Source: an uncultured Granulosicoccaceae bacterium
Lineage (GTDB): Bacteria > Pseudomonadota > Gammaproteobacteria > Granulosicoccales > Granulosicoccaceae
Length of the DNA: 55,006 nucleotides
Direction of reading: 5' to 3'
Assembly: GCA_964445655.1 (NCBI GenBank)
Contig: CAYULV010000003.1
Coordinates: 1-55,006 of the forward strand
Shown here: positions 38,084 to 47,888 of the stretch, piece by piece
Layout: each line of letters begins with the position of its first letter
Numbering within the stretch: position 1 is the stretch's first letter
Position numbers and translations under genes: made by a program
The notes under the pieces: generated by a model
Databases searched by the model: none
Told to the model about the DNA's origin: nothing
Seen by the model: only the letters and a program-made list of their open reading frames with translations

Positions 38084-39796
38084 ATGAGTGAAACCAGTAG
38101 CCTGTTGCTGAATATCTTTATTTATCTGCTGGCAGGTTTGCTGGCCGTTCCGGGCGCCAAACGTCTTGGTATGGGGCCAGTGCTGGGATTTTTGTTCGCA
38201 GGAATTTGTGTTGGCCCCTGGGGGCTTGCATTGATCCGTGACGCGGAACACATCGAGCTGTTTTCTCAAACCGCGACAGTGCTGCTGTTACTGCTATTGG
38301 CTTTGCAGGCCACGCCTATCAGGGTTCGTCGCCTGCTTGATGACTTTGCTTCTATCGGCCTTTGGCAATATGCATTGACAACAGTAGCCGTGACCGTGGT
38401 CAGTTTGCTGATCGGTCATCCCTGGAATCATTCTCTGGTTGCCGGATTGGCCTTGTCCATTTCTTCGGGCGCTGTTGCCAAACATGCATTTGACGAGCGT
38501 TATCCGACAGGTTCCCCATTGACTGAGACTGGGCAGCAGATTCTGTTGACACAGACTTTGTTGACGGTCCCTGTGATTGTTCTTTTACCGTTGTTGGGCG
38601 TTGGATCGTTTGCTACCGAAGGAAGTCCCCTTCCTAAAGTTATCACCGGGGGGGCTGTACTCTTGGTGTTTGGCATTTTCGGACATAACTTGCTCCGCTA
38701 TGCATTTCGCTATGTTGTCAGTGTCGGTCTTGATGAAGTGTTTGCAGCCTTTGCACTACTGCTGGTCATTGGTCTTTTGTTGTTGACACAAGCGCTCGAT
38801 TTACCGCTTGAATTAGGTGCGTTACTTGCGGGGCTCTTGCTGATTCGCTCAGAGTATGGTTCCGCTATTCGTATCGCGACGCGCCCGTTTCGTGGTTTGC
38901 TGGTCGGAATGTTTTTCATTTCTGCGGGTATGGCTATCGATTTCGCTACCTTTTTTCGAAAACCACTTGAAACCTTTGCGTTGGTTGCCTTGTTGGTTGT
39001 TGTCAAGGCGTGGATTTTAAGAAACCTCTTGCGTTATTCATCAGTGCCGCGTCGACAACGAATCTGGCTGGCTACCGTTCTCGCCCAAAGTGGTGAGATG
39101 TCTTTTGTCATTGTGGTGCTATCGGTCAACTATTTTGCTTTGCCGGACAAGCTCGCTTCTCAGATCGTATTGATCATTGCGCTGTCAATGCTGACAACAC
39201 CCGTGTTGTTGTTCTTCGCTGCTCGTCGCGACACGGTACCTGCGCGCCAGCAAACTGATACCGGTCTCGATGTCGGGCAAACGGCCGACTCTCAGGTCAT
39301 TGTCGCGGGTTTTGGTCGCGTAGGTCGAGTCATTGCCCGCTTGCTGAAGGACAATGGTTATCGCGCTGCCGTCATCGATCACAATCCGGATCGCTTTGCC
39401 GAATTGCGTGCTGAAGAATTTGTTGGATTTTATGGCGATGCGCTACGCCCTGATCTTCTGGCTTCAGCTGGGGCGGACAAGGCGGCGGTCATGGTAATAG
39501 CGATCGATGACGCGGAGAGCGCGGAGGCGCTGGTGCAACGGGTAAGGCGTGACTATCCGCATATGACACTCGTATCACGGGCGGTAAATCCGGCAGCCCA
39601 CGAGCGATTATTGCGAACCGGTGTCGACCGCGCATACCCGGAAACATTTGAAACTGCGCTGTTGATCGGCGAAGATGTGCTTGAGCTTGTCGGCCTGAGT
39701 CCTCTGGAGGCGCAGGCTAGTGCGGAATCGTTTCGAGATTCTGAACAAGCTCGTGTCGAAGCTTCGAACGCAAAGCAACAAGGAGATCCTTCGTGA
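38084..39796 (+). CDS. Divergent KefB/KefC-like CPA2 transporter with C-terminal KTN (TrkA-N) domain
   Basis: RLGMGPVLGFL, GPWGL, PFRGLLVGMFF, SMLTTP; KTN motifs GFGRVG, YGDA, ETFETAL. Several core residues are altered (see findings). Confidence 0.88.
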   Translation: MSETSSLLLNIFIYLLAGLLAVPGAKRLGMGPVLGFLFAGICVGPWGLALIRDAEHIELFSQTATVLLLLLLALQATPIRVRRLLDDFASIGLWQYALTTVAVTVVSLLIGHPWNHSLVAGLALSISSGAVAKHAFDERYPTGSPLTETGQQILLTQTLLTVPVIVLLPLLGVGSFATEGSPLPKVITGGAVLLVFGIFGHNLLRYAFRYVVSVGLDEVFAAFALLLVIGLLLLTQALDLPLELGALLAGLLLIRSEYGSAIRIATRPFRGLLVGMFFISAGMAIDFATFFRKPLETFALVALLVVVKAWILRNLLRYSSVPRRQRIWLATVLAQSGEMSFVIVVLSVNYFALPDKLASQIVLIIALSMLTTPVLLFFAARRDTVPARQQTDTGLDVGQTADSQVIVAGFGRVGRVIARLLKDNGYRAAVIDHNPDRFAELRAEEFVGFYGDALRPDLLASAGADKAAVMVIAIDDAESAEALVQRVRRDYPHMTLVSRAVNPAAHERLLRTGVDRAYPETFETALLIGEDVLELVGLSPLEAQASAESFRDSEQARVEASNAKQQGDPS

Positions 39797-40098
39797 AAGG
39801 TAAAGATGTTGAATCACTGACAAAATTGCTAAAGCAACATAATGTGTCGATCTCTGCCGTCAAGGCTAACAAGTTGATGTTGTCGATTGGTTTTATGGAA
39901 GAAGCAACGCGCGAGAGCTCCACGCGTCCCGGTGTCATCAAGAAGTACAAAGTACTGGTCGGTAAAGGCCTCGACTATGGCGTCAATGAGGAAAATCCGC
40001 AAAGCCCCGATCAGACATCGCCTTACTACTATAAGGATAGTTTCGGCGAACTCGCGACGCTCCTGACAGCCGCTGCCGATGCCGAAGCTGACAACTGA
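39793..40098 (+). CDS. Small protein resembling the C-terminal domain of phage KilA-N/Rha/antirepressor proteins
   Basis: SLTKLLK...A..AN..M...G..E...R.S....IKKY..L..KGL.YG.N...P..P..T.P.YY...F.EL pattern. 4-nt GTGA overlap with the kef-like stop. Family call is from memory of the pattern. Confidence 0.65.
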   Translation: MKGKDVESLTKLLKQHNVSISAVKANKLMLSIGFMEEATRESSTRPGVIKKYKVLVGKGLDYGVNEENPQSPDQTSPYYYKDSFGELATLLTAAADAEADN

Positions 40099-40311
40099 AC
40101 AGCAAGGTATATTCCTGGTCCTTGTGCCCTTGGCAAAGTAGGGATACGCGACAATTCGCCGAGTTCTAAACATGGTCAGGCGGGTGTGGAGAGCGTTTTG
40201 GGCTTGGCGATGCTGCGTGATACACTCGAGAAACGGGGTCCGAATCAAGGCACAATTCCGCCTGTTCAAAAGACCTGAGTCTGGTACCACTTTCCACTTG
40301 AGGACTGTTTT

Positions 40312-41307
40312 ATGACTATTTCACGTGCGGGTGTTTTTGCTGGCTTGTTGTTAGCAGCTTCTGCCGCCACAGCAGCTGATATATCTCCAGCTGTCGTTTA
40401 TGACATGGGCGGCAAGTTTGATAAATCCTTCAACCAGGGAGTCTACGACGGCGTCGAACGGTTCAAGAAAGAGACCGGCATCGAATACCGCGAGTTTGAG
40501 GTCACTAACGAAACTCAGCGAGAGCAAGCGCTTCGACGTATGGCTCAGCGTGGTGCCAATCCGATCCTCGGCGTCGGCTTCGCCCAAGCTGGCCCAATGG
40601 AAGTTGTCGCAAAAGAATTTCCTGACGTTAAATTCACCTTGATTGATGGCGTTGTTGATTTGCCGAATGTGCAGTCAGTTGTCTTCAAGGAACAGGAAGG
40701 TTCATTTCTGGTGGGTCTGCTTGCCGCCATGGCATCTGAAACCGGTGTGGTCGGTTTTGTTGGTGGAATGGATATTCCATTGATTCGACGCTTTGCCTGT
40801 GGTTATGAGCAAGGAGCCAAACACGCCAGTGCCGCTATTGATGTTGTACAGAACATGACAGGCACTACGCCATCCGCCTGGAATGATCCGGGGCGGGGTA
40901 GTGAATTGGCGAAAGGTCAATTTGATCGTGGTGTCGATGTTGTCTATGCGGCGGCCGGTGGTACCGGGGTCGGGGTTTATCAGGCAGCGAAAGATGGCGG
41001 CAAACTTGCCATCGGTGTGGATTCCAATCAGAACTATTTACATCCGGGCACCATGTTGACATCCATGCTCAAGCGCGTTGATGTAGCTGCATACAATGCC
41101 TACAAAGAAGCGATGGATGGAACCTGGAAACCAGGCTTCAAGGTGCTTGGTCTCGCTGAAGAAGGTGTAGGTTGGGCGCTTGATGAAAACAATGCGTCCT
41201 TGATCTCCGACGAGATGAAAGCGGCGGTGAAGCAAGCCTCCGACGATATACTGGCCGGTAAAATTACGGTTCATGACTACATGAGTGACAATGCCTGCTC
41301 ATATTGA
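40312..41307 (+). CDS. BMP family ABC transporter substrate-binding protein (purine nucleoside type)
   Basis: GGKFDKSFNQ, VGF, EQEGSFLVG, GFVGG, AAGGTG, IGVDSNQ, SMLKRVD. Confidence 0.93.
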   Translation: MTISRAGVFAGLLLAASAATAADISPAVVYDMGGKFDKSFNQGVYDGVERFKKETGIEYREFEVTNETQREQALRRMAQRGANPILGVGFAQAGPMEVVAKEFPDVKFTLIDGVVDLPNVQSVVFKEQEGSFLVGLLAAMASETGVVGFVGGMDIPLIRRFACGYEQGAKHASAAIDVVQNMTGTTPSAWNDPGRGSELAKGQFDRGVDVVYAAAGGTGVGVYQAAKDGGKLAIGVDSNQNYLHPGTMLTSMLKRVDVAAYNAYKEAMDGTWKPGFKVLGLAEEGVGWALDENNASLISDEMKAAVKQASDDILAGKITVHDYMSDNACSY

Positions 41308-41348
41308 TTGTCTCGCGAGTTAAAGAGTCAAGCTTGGGCGTTTGATTG

Positions 41349-42974
41349 ATGACAGACGCTAAGACGGATCCGGGAAAGCCAGATGCTTTCCCGGACGCCT
41401 CCTCGGATACATCAAAAAATTTGAACCAGGTCGGCTCTGACTTCGCCATAGAGCTTCGCGGTATCTCCAAACGGTTTGGCGCTGTACGCGCGAACCAGGA
41501 TATTGATCTCGCGGTTCGCCGCGGAACCATACACGGTATTGTCGGTGAGAACGGAGCCGGCAAATCCACGCTGATGAGTATCCTTTACGGCTTCTACCAG
41601 GCTGACAGTGGTGAGGTGATAATCAATGGTAACAAGGTCAGTATCAACTCCTCGCGCGACGCTATCAGTGTAGGGATCGGTATGGTGCACCAGCATTTCA
41701 TGCTGGTTGATACGTTCAGTGTTCTGGAAAACGTCATGCTGGGCGCTGAAGGGCATGCGCTGTTGGCTCGAAGTGCTGCCAAAGCGCGTGCCGAGCTGCA
41801 AAGACTTAGTGACGAATATCAGTTGTCGGTAGAGGTTGATACGCTTGTCTCTGAACTTCCGGTAGGCGAGCAACAACGTACAGAGATACTCAAGGCTTTG
41901 TATCGGCATGCGGAAATTCTGATTCTCGATGAGCCGACAGGTGTTCTGACACCGCAAGAAGCTGATCAGTTGTTCAAGGTATTGCAAGCGCTCAAGAACC
42001 GTGGCGTCACGGTCATTCTCATTACGCATAAATTGCGCGAGATCATGGACATTACCGATACGGTTTCGGTCTTGCGCCTGGGCAAGATGGTTGCTCACCG
42101 AGAGACAGCAAATACATCAATGAGCGAGCTCGCCGAATTGATGGTGGGGCGAAAGCTCGACACGCGAAACTTCCACCGAACAGAAGCCCTGCCTGCTGAC
42201 ACGCCCGCCGGTATTGATGTTAAAAATCTCGGACTGGTTGATCGTTTCGGTGCCACCCGACTAGATAATGTCAGTTTGCAGGTTCGTCGAGGCGAGATAC
42301 TGGGAATTGCAGGTGTTGCAGGCAACGGACAGAGTAAATTACTTGAAGTGCTTTCAGGTATCACGGCGCCGAGCAGCGGGCAATTTGAAATAAACGGGCA
42401 ACTTACCAATGCAGAGGTGCAGCTTGATCCCGCCGATATGCGCAGAATAAGTGTGCATCATGTGCCTGAGGATCGTTTGAAGCTAGGTTTGGTTAAAGCA
42501 TTTTCCGCGGCTGAATCATCTGTACTTGGCTATCAGCGTGATCAGAAATTCAACTGGCGTGGGCTTATGCAGTTCGGCGCCATTCGTAAGGCTTGCGCCG
42601 CTCTAATGCAGGGTTTCGATGTGCGCCCCGGCGATCCCAAACTTCGTTCGGCTTCGTTCTCGGGTGGTAATCAGCAGAAATTGATTCTCGCCCGCGAACT
42701 TGAGAAGAGGCCAGAGGTTCTTCTTATTGGCCAACCGACACGTGGTGTCGATATTGGTGCCATCGAACTTATTCACGAGAAGATCGTATCGATGCGTGAT
42801 TCAGGTTGTGCGGTGTTGCTGGTATCGGTTGAATTGGATGAGATCATGGCCTTGTCTGATCGAATCATCGTCATGTTCGAAGGAAGAATTGTCGGTGAGG
42901 TAGAGGGTCGTCACGCGAACAAGACTGAGTTGGGTCTTATGATGGCAAATGCACATAAGGATGCGGCTGCATGA
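41349..42974 (+). CDS. ABC transporter ATP-binding protein (CUT2/nucleoside type, two NBDs)
   Basis: GENGAGKST, MVHQHF, ILDEPT, ITHKL, GVAGNGQ, PEDR, SGGNQQK, QPTRGVD. Confidence 0.95.
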   Translation: MTDAKTDPGKPDAFPDASSDTSKNLNQVGSDFAIELRGISKRFGAVRANQDIDLAVRRGTIHGIVGENGAGKSTLMSILYGFYQADSGEVIINGNKVSINSSRDAISVGIGMVHQHFMLVDTFSVLENVMLGAEGHALLARSAAKARAELQRLSDEYQLSVEVDTLVSELPVGEQQRTEILKALYRHAEILILDEPTGVLTPQEADQLFKVLQALKNRGVTVILITHKLREIMDITDTVSVLRLGKMVAHRETANTSMSELAELMVGRKLDTRNFHRTEALPADTPAGIDVKNLGLVDRFGATRLDNVSLQVRRGEILGIAGVAGNGQSKLLEVLSGITAPSSGQFEINGQLTNAEVQLDPADMRRISVHHVPEDRLKLGLVKAFSAAESSVLGYQRDQKFNWRGLMQFGAIRKACAALMQGFDVRPGDPKLRSASFSGGNQQKLILARELEKRPEVLLIGQPTRGVDIGAIELIHEKIVSMRDSGCAVLLVSVELDEIMALSDRIIVMFEGRIVGEVEGRHANKTELGLMMANAHKDAAA

Positions 42975-44098
42975 GTCTGGCGACGAGTAGCATTCCATTA
43001 CCGGCGTGGCTTGAGGTGATTGTCATCCCGATCCTGAACATCATTATGGCCTTGTTCTTTGCGGGCTTGATCATGTTGGCGATCGGGGTAAATCCAGTGG
43101 AAGCCGTTGGCATCATGATTTTCGGTGCGTTTGGCTATGATGAGGCGATCGGTTATACCTTGTACTACACCACCAATTTCATATTTACCGGTTTGGCTGT
43201 AGCGGTTGCTTTTCATGCAAGCCTGTTCAACATAGGCGGGGAAGGGCAAGCTTATATAGGTGGTCTTGGTGTCGGTCTGGTTTTCCTTTTGCTGGATAGA
43301 TATTTGCCAGCCATCTTGCTGATACCTATCGGCATCATGGCTGCGGGCTTGTTTGGTGCTGCTTGGGCTTTCATTCCGGCCTGGTTACAGGCATATCGCG
43401 GTAGCCACATTGTCATCACGACCATCATGTTCAATTTCATTGCTGCTTCTCTGATGGTTTACCTGCTCGTCAACGTCCTGATCAAACCGGGTCAGATGTC
43501 TCCCGAGTCGCGCGTTTTCGACGAGTCTGCCTGGTTACCTTTCATGCATGAATTTCTTGCCATCTTTGGTATGGAGGTCACCCGGTCGCCATTGAATCTG
43601 TCGCTGTTCTTTGCACTATTGTGTTGTCTGCTGGTTTGGTTGTACATCTGGCGAACCCGCTGGGGTTATGAATTGCGAACCGCGGGTTTTAGTGAGGATG
43701 CTGCCGTGTATGCCGGTATTCGCCCAAAGAAAGTTATTGTCAGCGCCATGTGTATCTCGGGTGCATTGGCAGGCTTTGTAGCGGTCAACGAAATCATGGG
43801 CGTTCATCATCGCTTGTTGTTGAACTTCACGGCAGGATATGGGTTCACGGGTATCGCTGTTTCACTGATGGGTAGAAACCATCCGGTGGGTATTATCATG
43901 GCGAGCTTGTTGTTTGGTGTCTTGTATCAGGGAGGTGCTGAGCTCGCGTTCGAGATTCCCAAGATAACGCGTGAAATGGTTGTGGCAATTCAGGGATTGA
44001 TCATACTTTTTTCAGGTGCGCTAGCCTTGATGCTGCGCCCCTTTGTGGTGCGTTTGTACCTCAAGTTCAAACCTGTTGATGACGTGGTGCCTGCCTGA
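42971..44098 (+). CDS. Nucleoside ABC transporter permease 1
   Basis: LFNIGGEGQ, VITTIMFN, TRWGYELR, GYGFTGIAVSLMGRNHP. Confidence 0.93.
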   Translation: MSLATSSIPLPAWLEVIVIPILNIIMALFFAGLIMLAIGVNPVEAVGIMIFGAFGYDEAIGYTLYYTTNFIFTGLAVAVAFHASLFNIGGEGQAYIGGLGVGLVFLLLDRYLPAILLIPIGIMAAGLFGAAWAFIPAWLQAYRGSHIVITTIMFNFIAASLMVYLLVNVLIKPGQMSPESRVFDESAWLPFMHEFLAIFGMEVTRSPLNLSLFFALLCCLLVWLYIWRTRWGYELRTAGFSEDAAVYAGIRPKKVIVSAMCISGALAGFVAVNEIMGVHHRLLLNFTAGYGFTGIAVSLMGRNHPVGIIMASLLFGVLYQGGAELAFEIPKITREMVVAIQGLIILFSGALALMLRPFVVRLYLKFKPVDDVVPA

Positions 44099-45069
44099 TG
44101 GAATGGACACCCACATTGTTTGCGATTCTGGATGCTACCTTGCGAGTATCAACGCCGTTGATACTCGCAGCGATGGCGGGTTTGTTTTCCGAGCGTTCCG
44201 GCATTGTTGATATCAGCCTTGAAGGCAAGATGCTCGCCGCCGCCTTTGCTGCAGGGAGTGTCGCGGCGGTTACCGGTAGTGCCTGGTTGGCCTTGGTCGC
44301 CGGCATTCTGGTCAGTATGGCGCTTGGACTGGTTCATGGCTTTGCCTGTATCACCCACCGGGGTAATCAGGTGGTCAGTGGTCTGGCGATCAACATCCTT
44401 GCCTCTGGCTTGACGGTGGTGCTGGGCATTGCCTGGTTCAAACAAGGTGGGCAGACGCCATCGCTGGGTAGTGACGCGCGGTTTTTGCCGATAGAACTGC
44501 CGTTCGCATCAGCCGCCAGTGAGGTACCGGTGATTGGCCGCTTTTACAGCGATGTTATCAGCGGGCATAATTTTCTCGTGTATGTGGCCTTTGCGGCCGT
44601 GTTCGCGACCTGGTGGATTGTCTATCGAACACGTTTCGGTCTGCGTCTGCGCGCGGTGGGTGAAAACCCGCTTGCGGTCGATACGGCTGGTCTGTCTGTC
44701 AGTGGGATTCGCTATGCGTCGGTCGCTATTTGTGGGGGGCTTGTGGGCATCGCTGGCGCCTATCTCTCAACCGCCCAGAACGCTGCCTTTGTCCGCGAGA
44801 TGACCGCGGGTCAAGGCTACATTGCCCTGGCTGCCTTGATCTTCGGTAAATGGCGCCCGTTGCCAGCCTTGCTTGCCTGCTTGATGTTCGGTTTTCTGGA
44901 TGCCGTCGCCATTCGCCTCCAAGGCGTAAAAATTCCCGGCATCGGCGAAGTCCCCGTGCAAGCCATCCAGGCCCTGCCATACATCCTGACCGTCGTTCTC
45001 CTGGCCGGCTTCATCGGCAAAGCCATCGCCCCCAAAGCCGTCGGCGTCCCCTACCTGAAAGAGCGGTAA
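44098..45069 (+). CDS. Nucleoside ABC transporter permease 2
   Basis: SERSGIVDISLEG, NQVVSGLAIN, TRFGLRLRAVGENP, GQGYIALAALIFGKW, LPYILT. Confidence 0.93.
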   Translation: MEWTPTLFAILDATLRVSTPLILAAMAGLFSERSGIVDISLEGKMLAAAFAAGSVAAVTGSAWLALVAGILVSMALGLVHGFACITHRGNQVVSGLAINILASGLTVVLGIAWFKQGGQTPSLGSDARFLPIELPFASAASEVPVIGRFYSDVISGHNFLVYVAFAAVFATWWIVYRTRFGLRLRAVGENPLAVDTAGLSVSGIRYASVAICGGLVGIAGAYLSTAQNAAFVREMTAGQGYIALAALIFGKWRPLPALLACLMFGFLDAVAIRLQGVKIPGIGEVPVQAIQALPYILTVVLLAGFIGKAIAPKAVGVPYLKER

Positions 45070-45074
45070 GTTGT

Positions 45075-45347
45075 GGGGTCGGACCACAGTAAGCTGTTGA
45101 TTTGATTCGTTTATCAGTCAAAAGTACGTGCACTTTGAGTCTTGAACTGCGGTTTATAATCGTGATTTGTCCGCTTTAGTTATCGCGACTGTGGCATTCA
45201 ATCTCTAGGTGCTTGGTGCTGTCCTTGAGCCTTGTAACGGCCTGACAATTACGGTTTTGAGGGGTCGGATAGTCGTTCTAAAAAGAAAAAGCGACTCAAA
45301 TTCATTGGTATTAATAATCAAATTAAATACTTACCGTGGTCCGACCC
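45075..45347. mobile_element. Non-autonomous element (MITE/REP-like) bounded by 32-bp imperfect inverted repeats
   Basis: Left GGGTCGGACCACAGTAAGCTGTTGATTTGATT (45076-45107) versus the reverse complement of the right end GGGTCGGACCACGGTAAGTATTTAATTTGATT (45316-45347), 27/32 identical. A third GGGGTCGGA at 45261-45269. AT-rich interior, no transposase ORF, no clear target-site duplication. Confidence 0.65.
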
Positions 45348-45383
45348 GTTAAACTTCTTCTTTTGGTTTTTGTTGTCGGGTAA

Positions 45384-46715
<1,332 letters not shown>

Positions 46716-46742
46716 GTAGCTGCACTCGCAAGGCTCGACACG

Positions 46743-47888
46743 ATGACTGACGGCTCGACGCTTGATGTTGATGAAATTATCCGGGATATCCCGGATAAAG
46801 CGTTCCCGTTAGTAACGGATTACCGATCCCTGTTTAGCAATGACATACCCCTGCTCGATGTCAGAGCGCCAGTTGAGTTTCGCAAGGGTGCATTTCCAGC
46901 CAGTGTAAACCTGCCATTGATGAGCGATGAAGAACGCCATCAAGTCGGTATCCGTTACAAGCAGGCAGGACAAGATAAAGCTATCGAACTAGGAGCTGGT
47001 TTGATCAATGATGATCAGCGGCAGATCCGCGTTGAAGCTTGGGCGCGATTTGTGGCTGAAAATCCGCATGGTGCTCTCTATTGCTTTCGTGGCGGACTTC
47101 GTTCTCGCATTGTTCAAGCCTGGCTAAAAGATGCGGGTATCGAATACCCGGTAATTCAAGGTGGTTACAAAGCGTTACGACAATACCTCATTACGAGTCT
47201 GACCGAGCTGGTTGAGAAACTGGACTTTGTTCTGATCGGAGGGCGCACAGGCACAGGCAAAACAAAATTGCTTTCTGCGTTTGAAGGAGGGGTAGTGGAT
47301 CTTGAATACCACGCTCGACACCGTGGTTCGAGTTTTGGCAAGATGACGATTTCCCAACCAAGCAATATCGACTTCGAAAACACGCTGACCATAGAATTGC
47401 TCAAGCTTGATTTAGCCGGCGTAAAAACGATATACCTGGAAGATGAAGCCCGGATGATCGGTCGGGCATGCATACCTGAACCGCTACGCAATGCCATGGT
47501 TGCCGCTCCTATTTATCAGTTGGAGACAAGCATGCCTGAGCGTGTACAGAACTGTATCGATGATTATGTTGTCGATCTTTGTTCTCGATACCGTGAACAA
47601 CATGGAGAGAAAGATGGCTTTGAGGCTTATAAGCTTCACCATCTTGACAGCCTCGATCGGATTCGTAAGAGACTTGGCGGTGAAAGACACTCACTAGCGA
47701 CCAAGCTGCTGCAAGCGGCGCTTGATGAGCATGGCTCAACTGGCGAGACTATTCAGTACGTCGAATTCATCGAATTACTGCTGAAAGATTATTACGATCC
47801 CATGTACGACTATCAGCTATCCAAAAAACAGAATCGTATTGTATTCAGCGGTGATTCTGCAGCCATCATTAAAAAAGTCAGTTCATGA
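46743..47888 (+). CDS. selU: tRNA 2-selenouridine synthase SelU/MnmH
   Basis: Rhodanese domain DVRAPVEF...YCFRGGLRS, GGYK, P-loop GRTGTGKT, DLE..A.HRGSSFG, EDE, YYDPMY. Confidence 0.95.
   Translation: MTDGSTLDVDEIIRDIPDKAFPLVTDYRSLFSNDIPLLDVRAPVEFRKGAFPASVNLPLMSDEERHQVGIRYKQAGQDKAIELGAGLINDDQRQIRVEAWARFVAENPHGALYCFRGGLRSRIVQAWLKDAGIEYPVIQGGYKALRQYLITSLTELVEKLDFVLIGGRTGTGKTKLLSAFEGGVVDLEYHARHRGSSFGKMTISQPSNIDFENTLTIELLKLDLAGVKTIYLEDEARMIGRACIPEPLRNAMVAAPIYQLETSMPERVQNCIDDYVVDLCSRYREQHGEKDGFEAYKLHHLDSLDRIRKRLGGERHSLATKLLQAALDEHGSTGETIQYVEFIELLLKDYYDPMYDYQLSKKQNRIVFSGDSAAIIKKVSS

Noticed and set aside
39793-40098. Prophage remnant
   Set aside because: A single small gene with no integrase, att site, structural genes or compositional shift.
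41412-42098. Long antisense or shifted-frame ORFs (e.g. 41412-42098, 21185-21805, 35067-35609, 54664-54945)
   Set aside because: They overlap well-supported genes and show no family motifs; treated as shadow ORFs.
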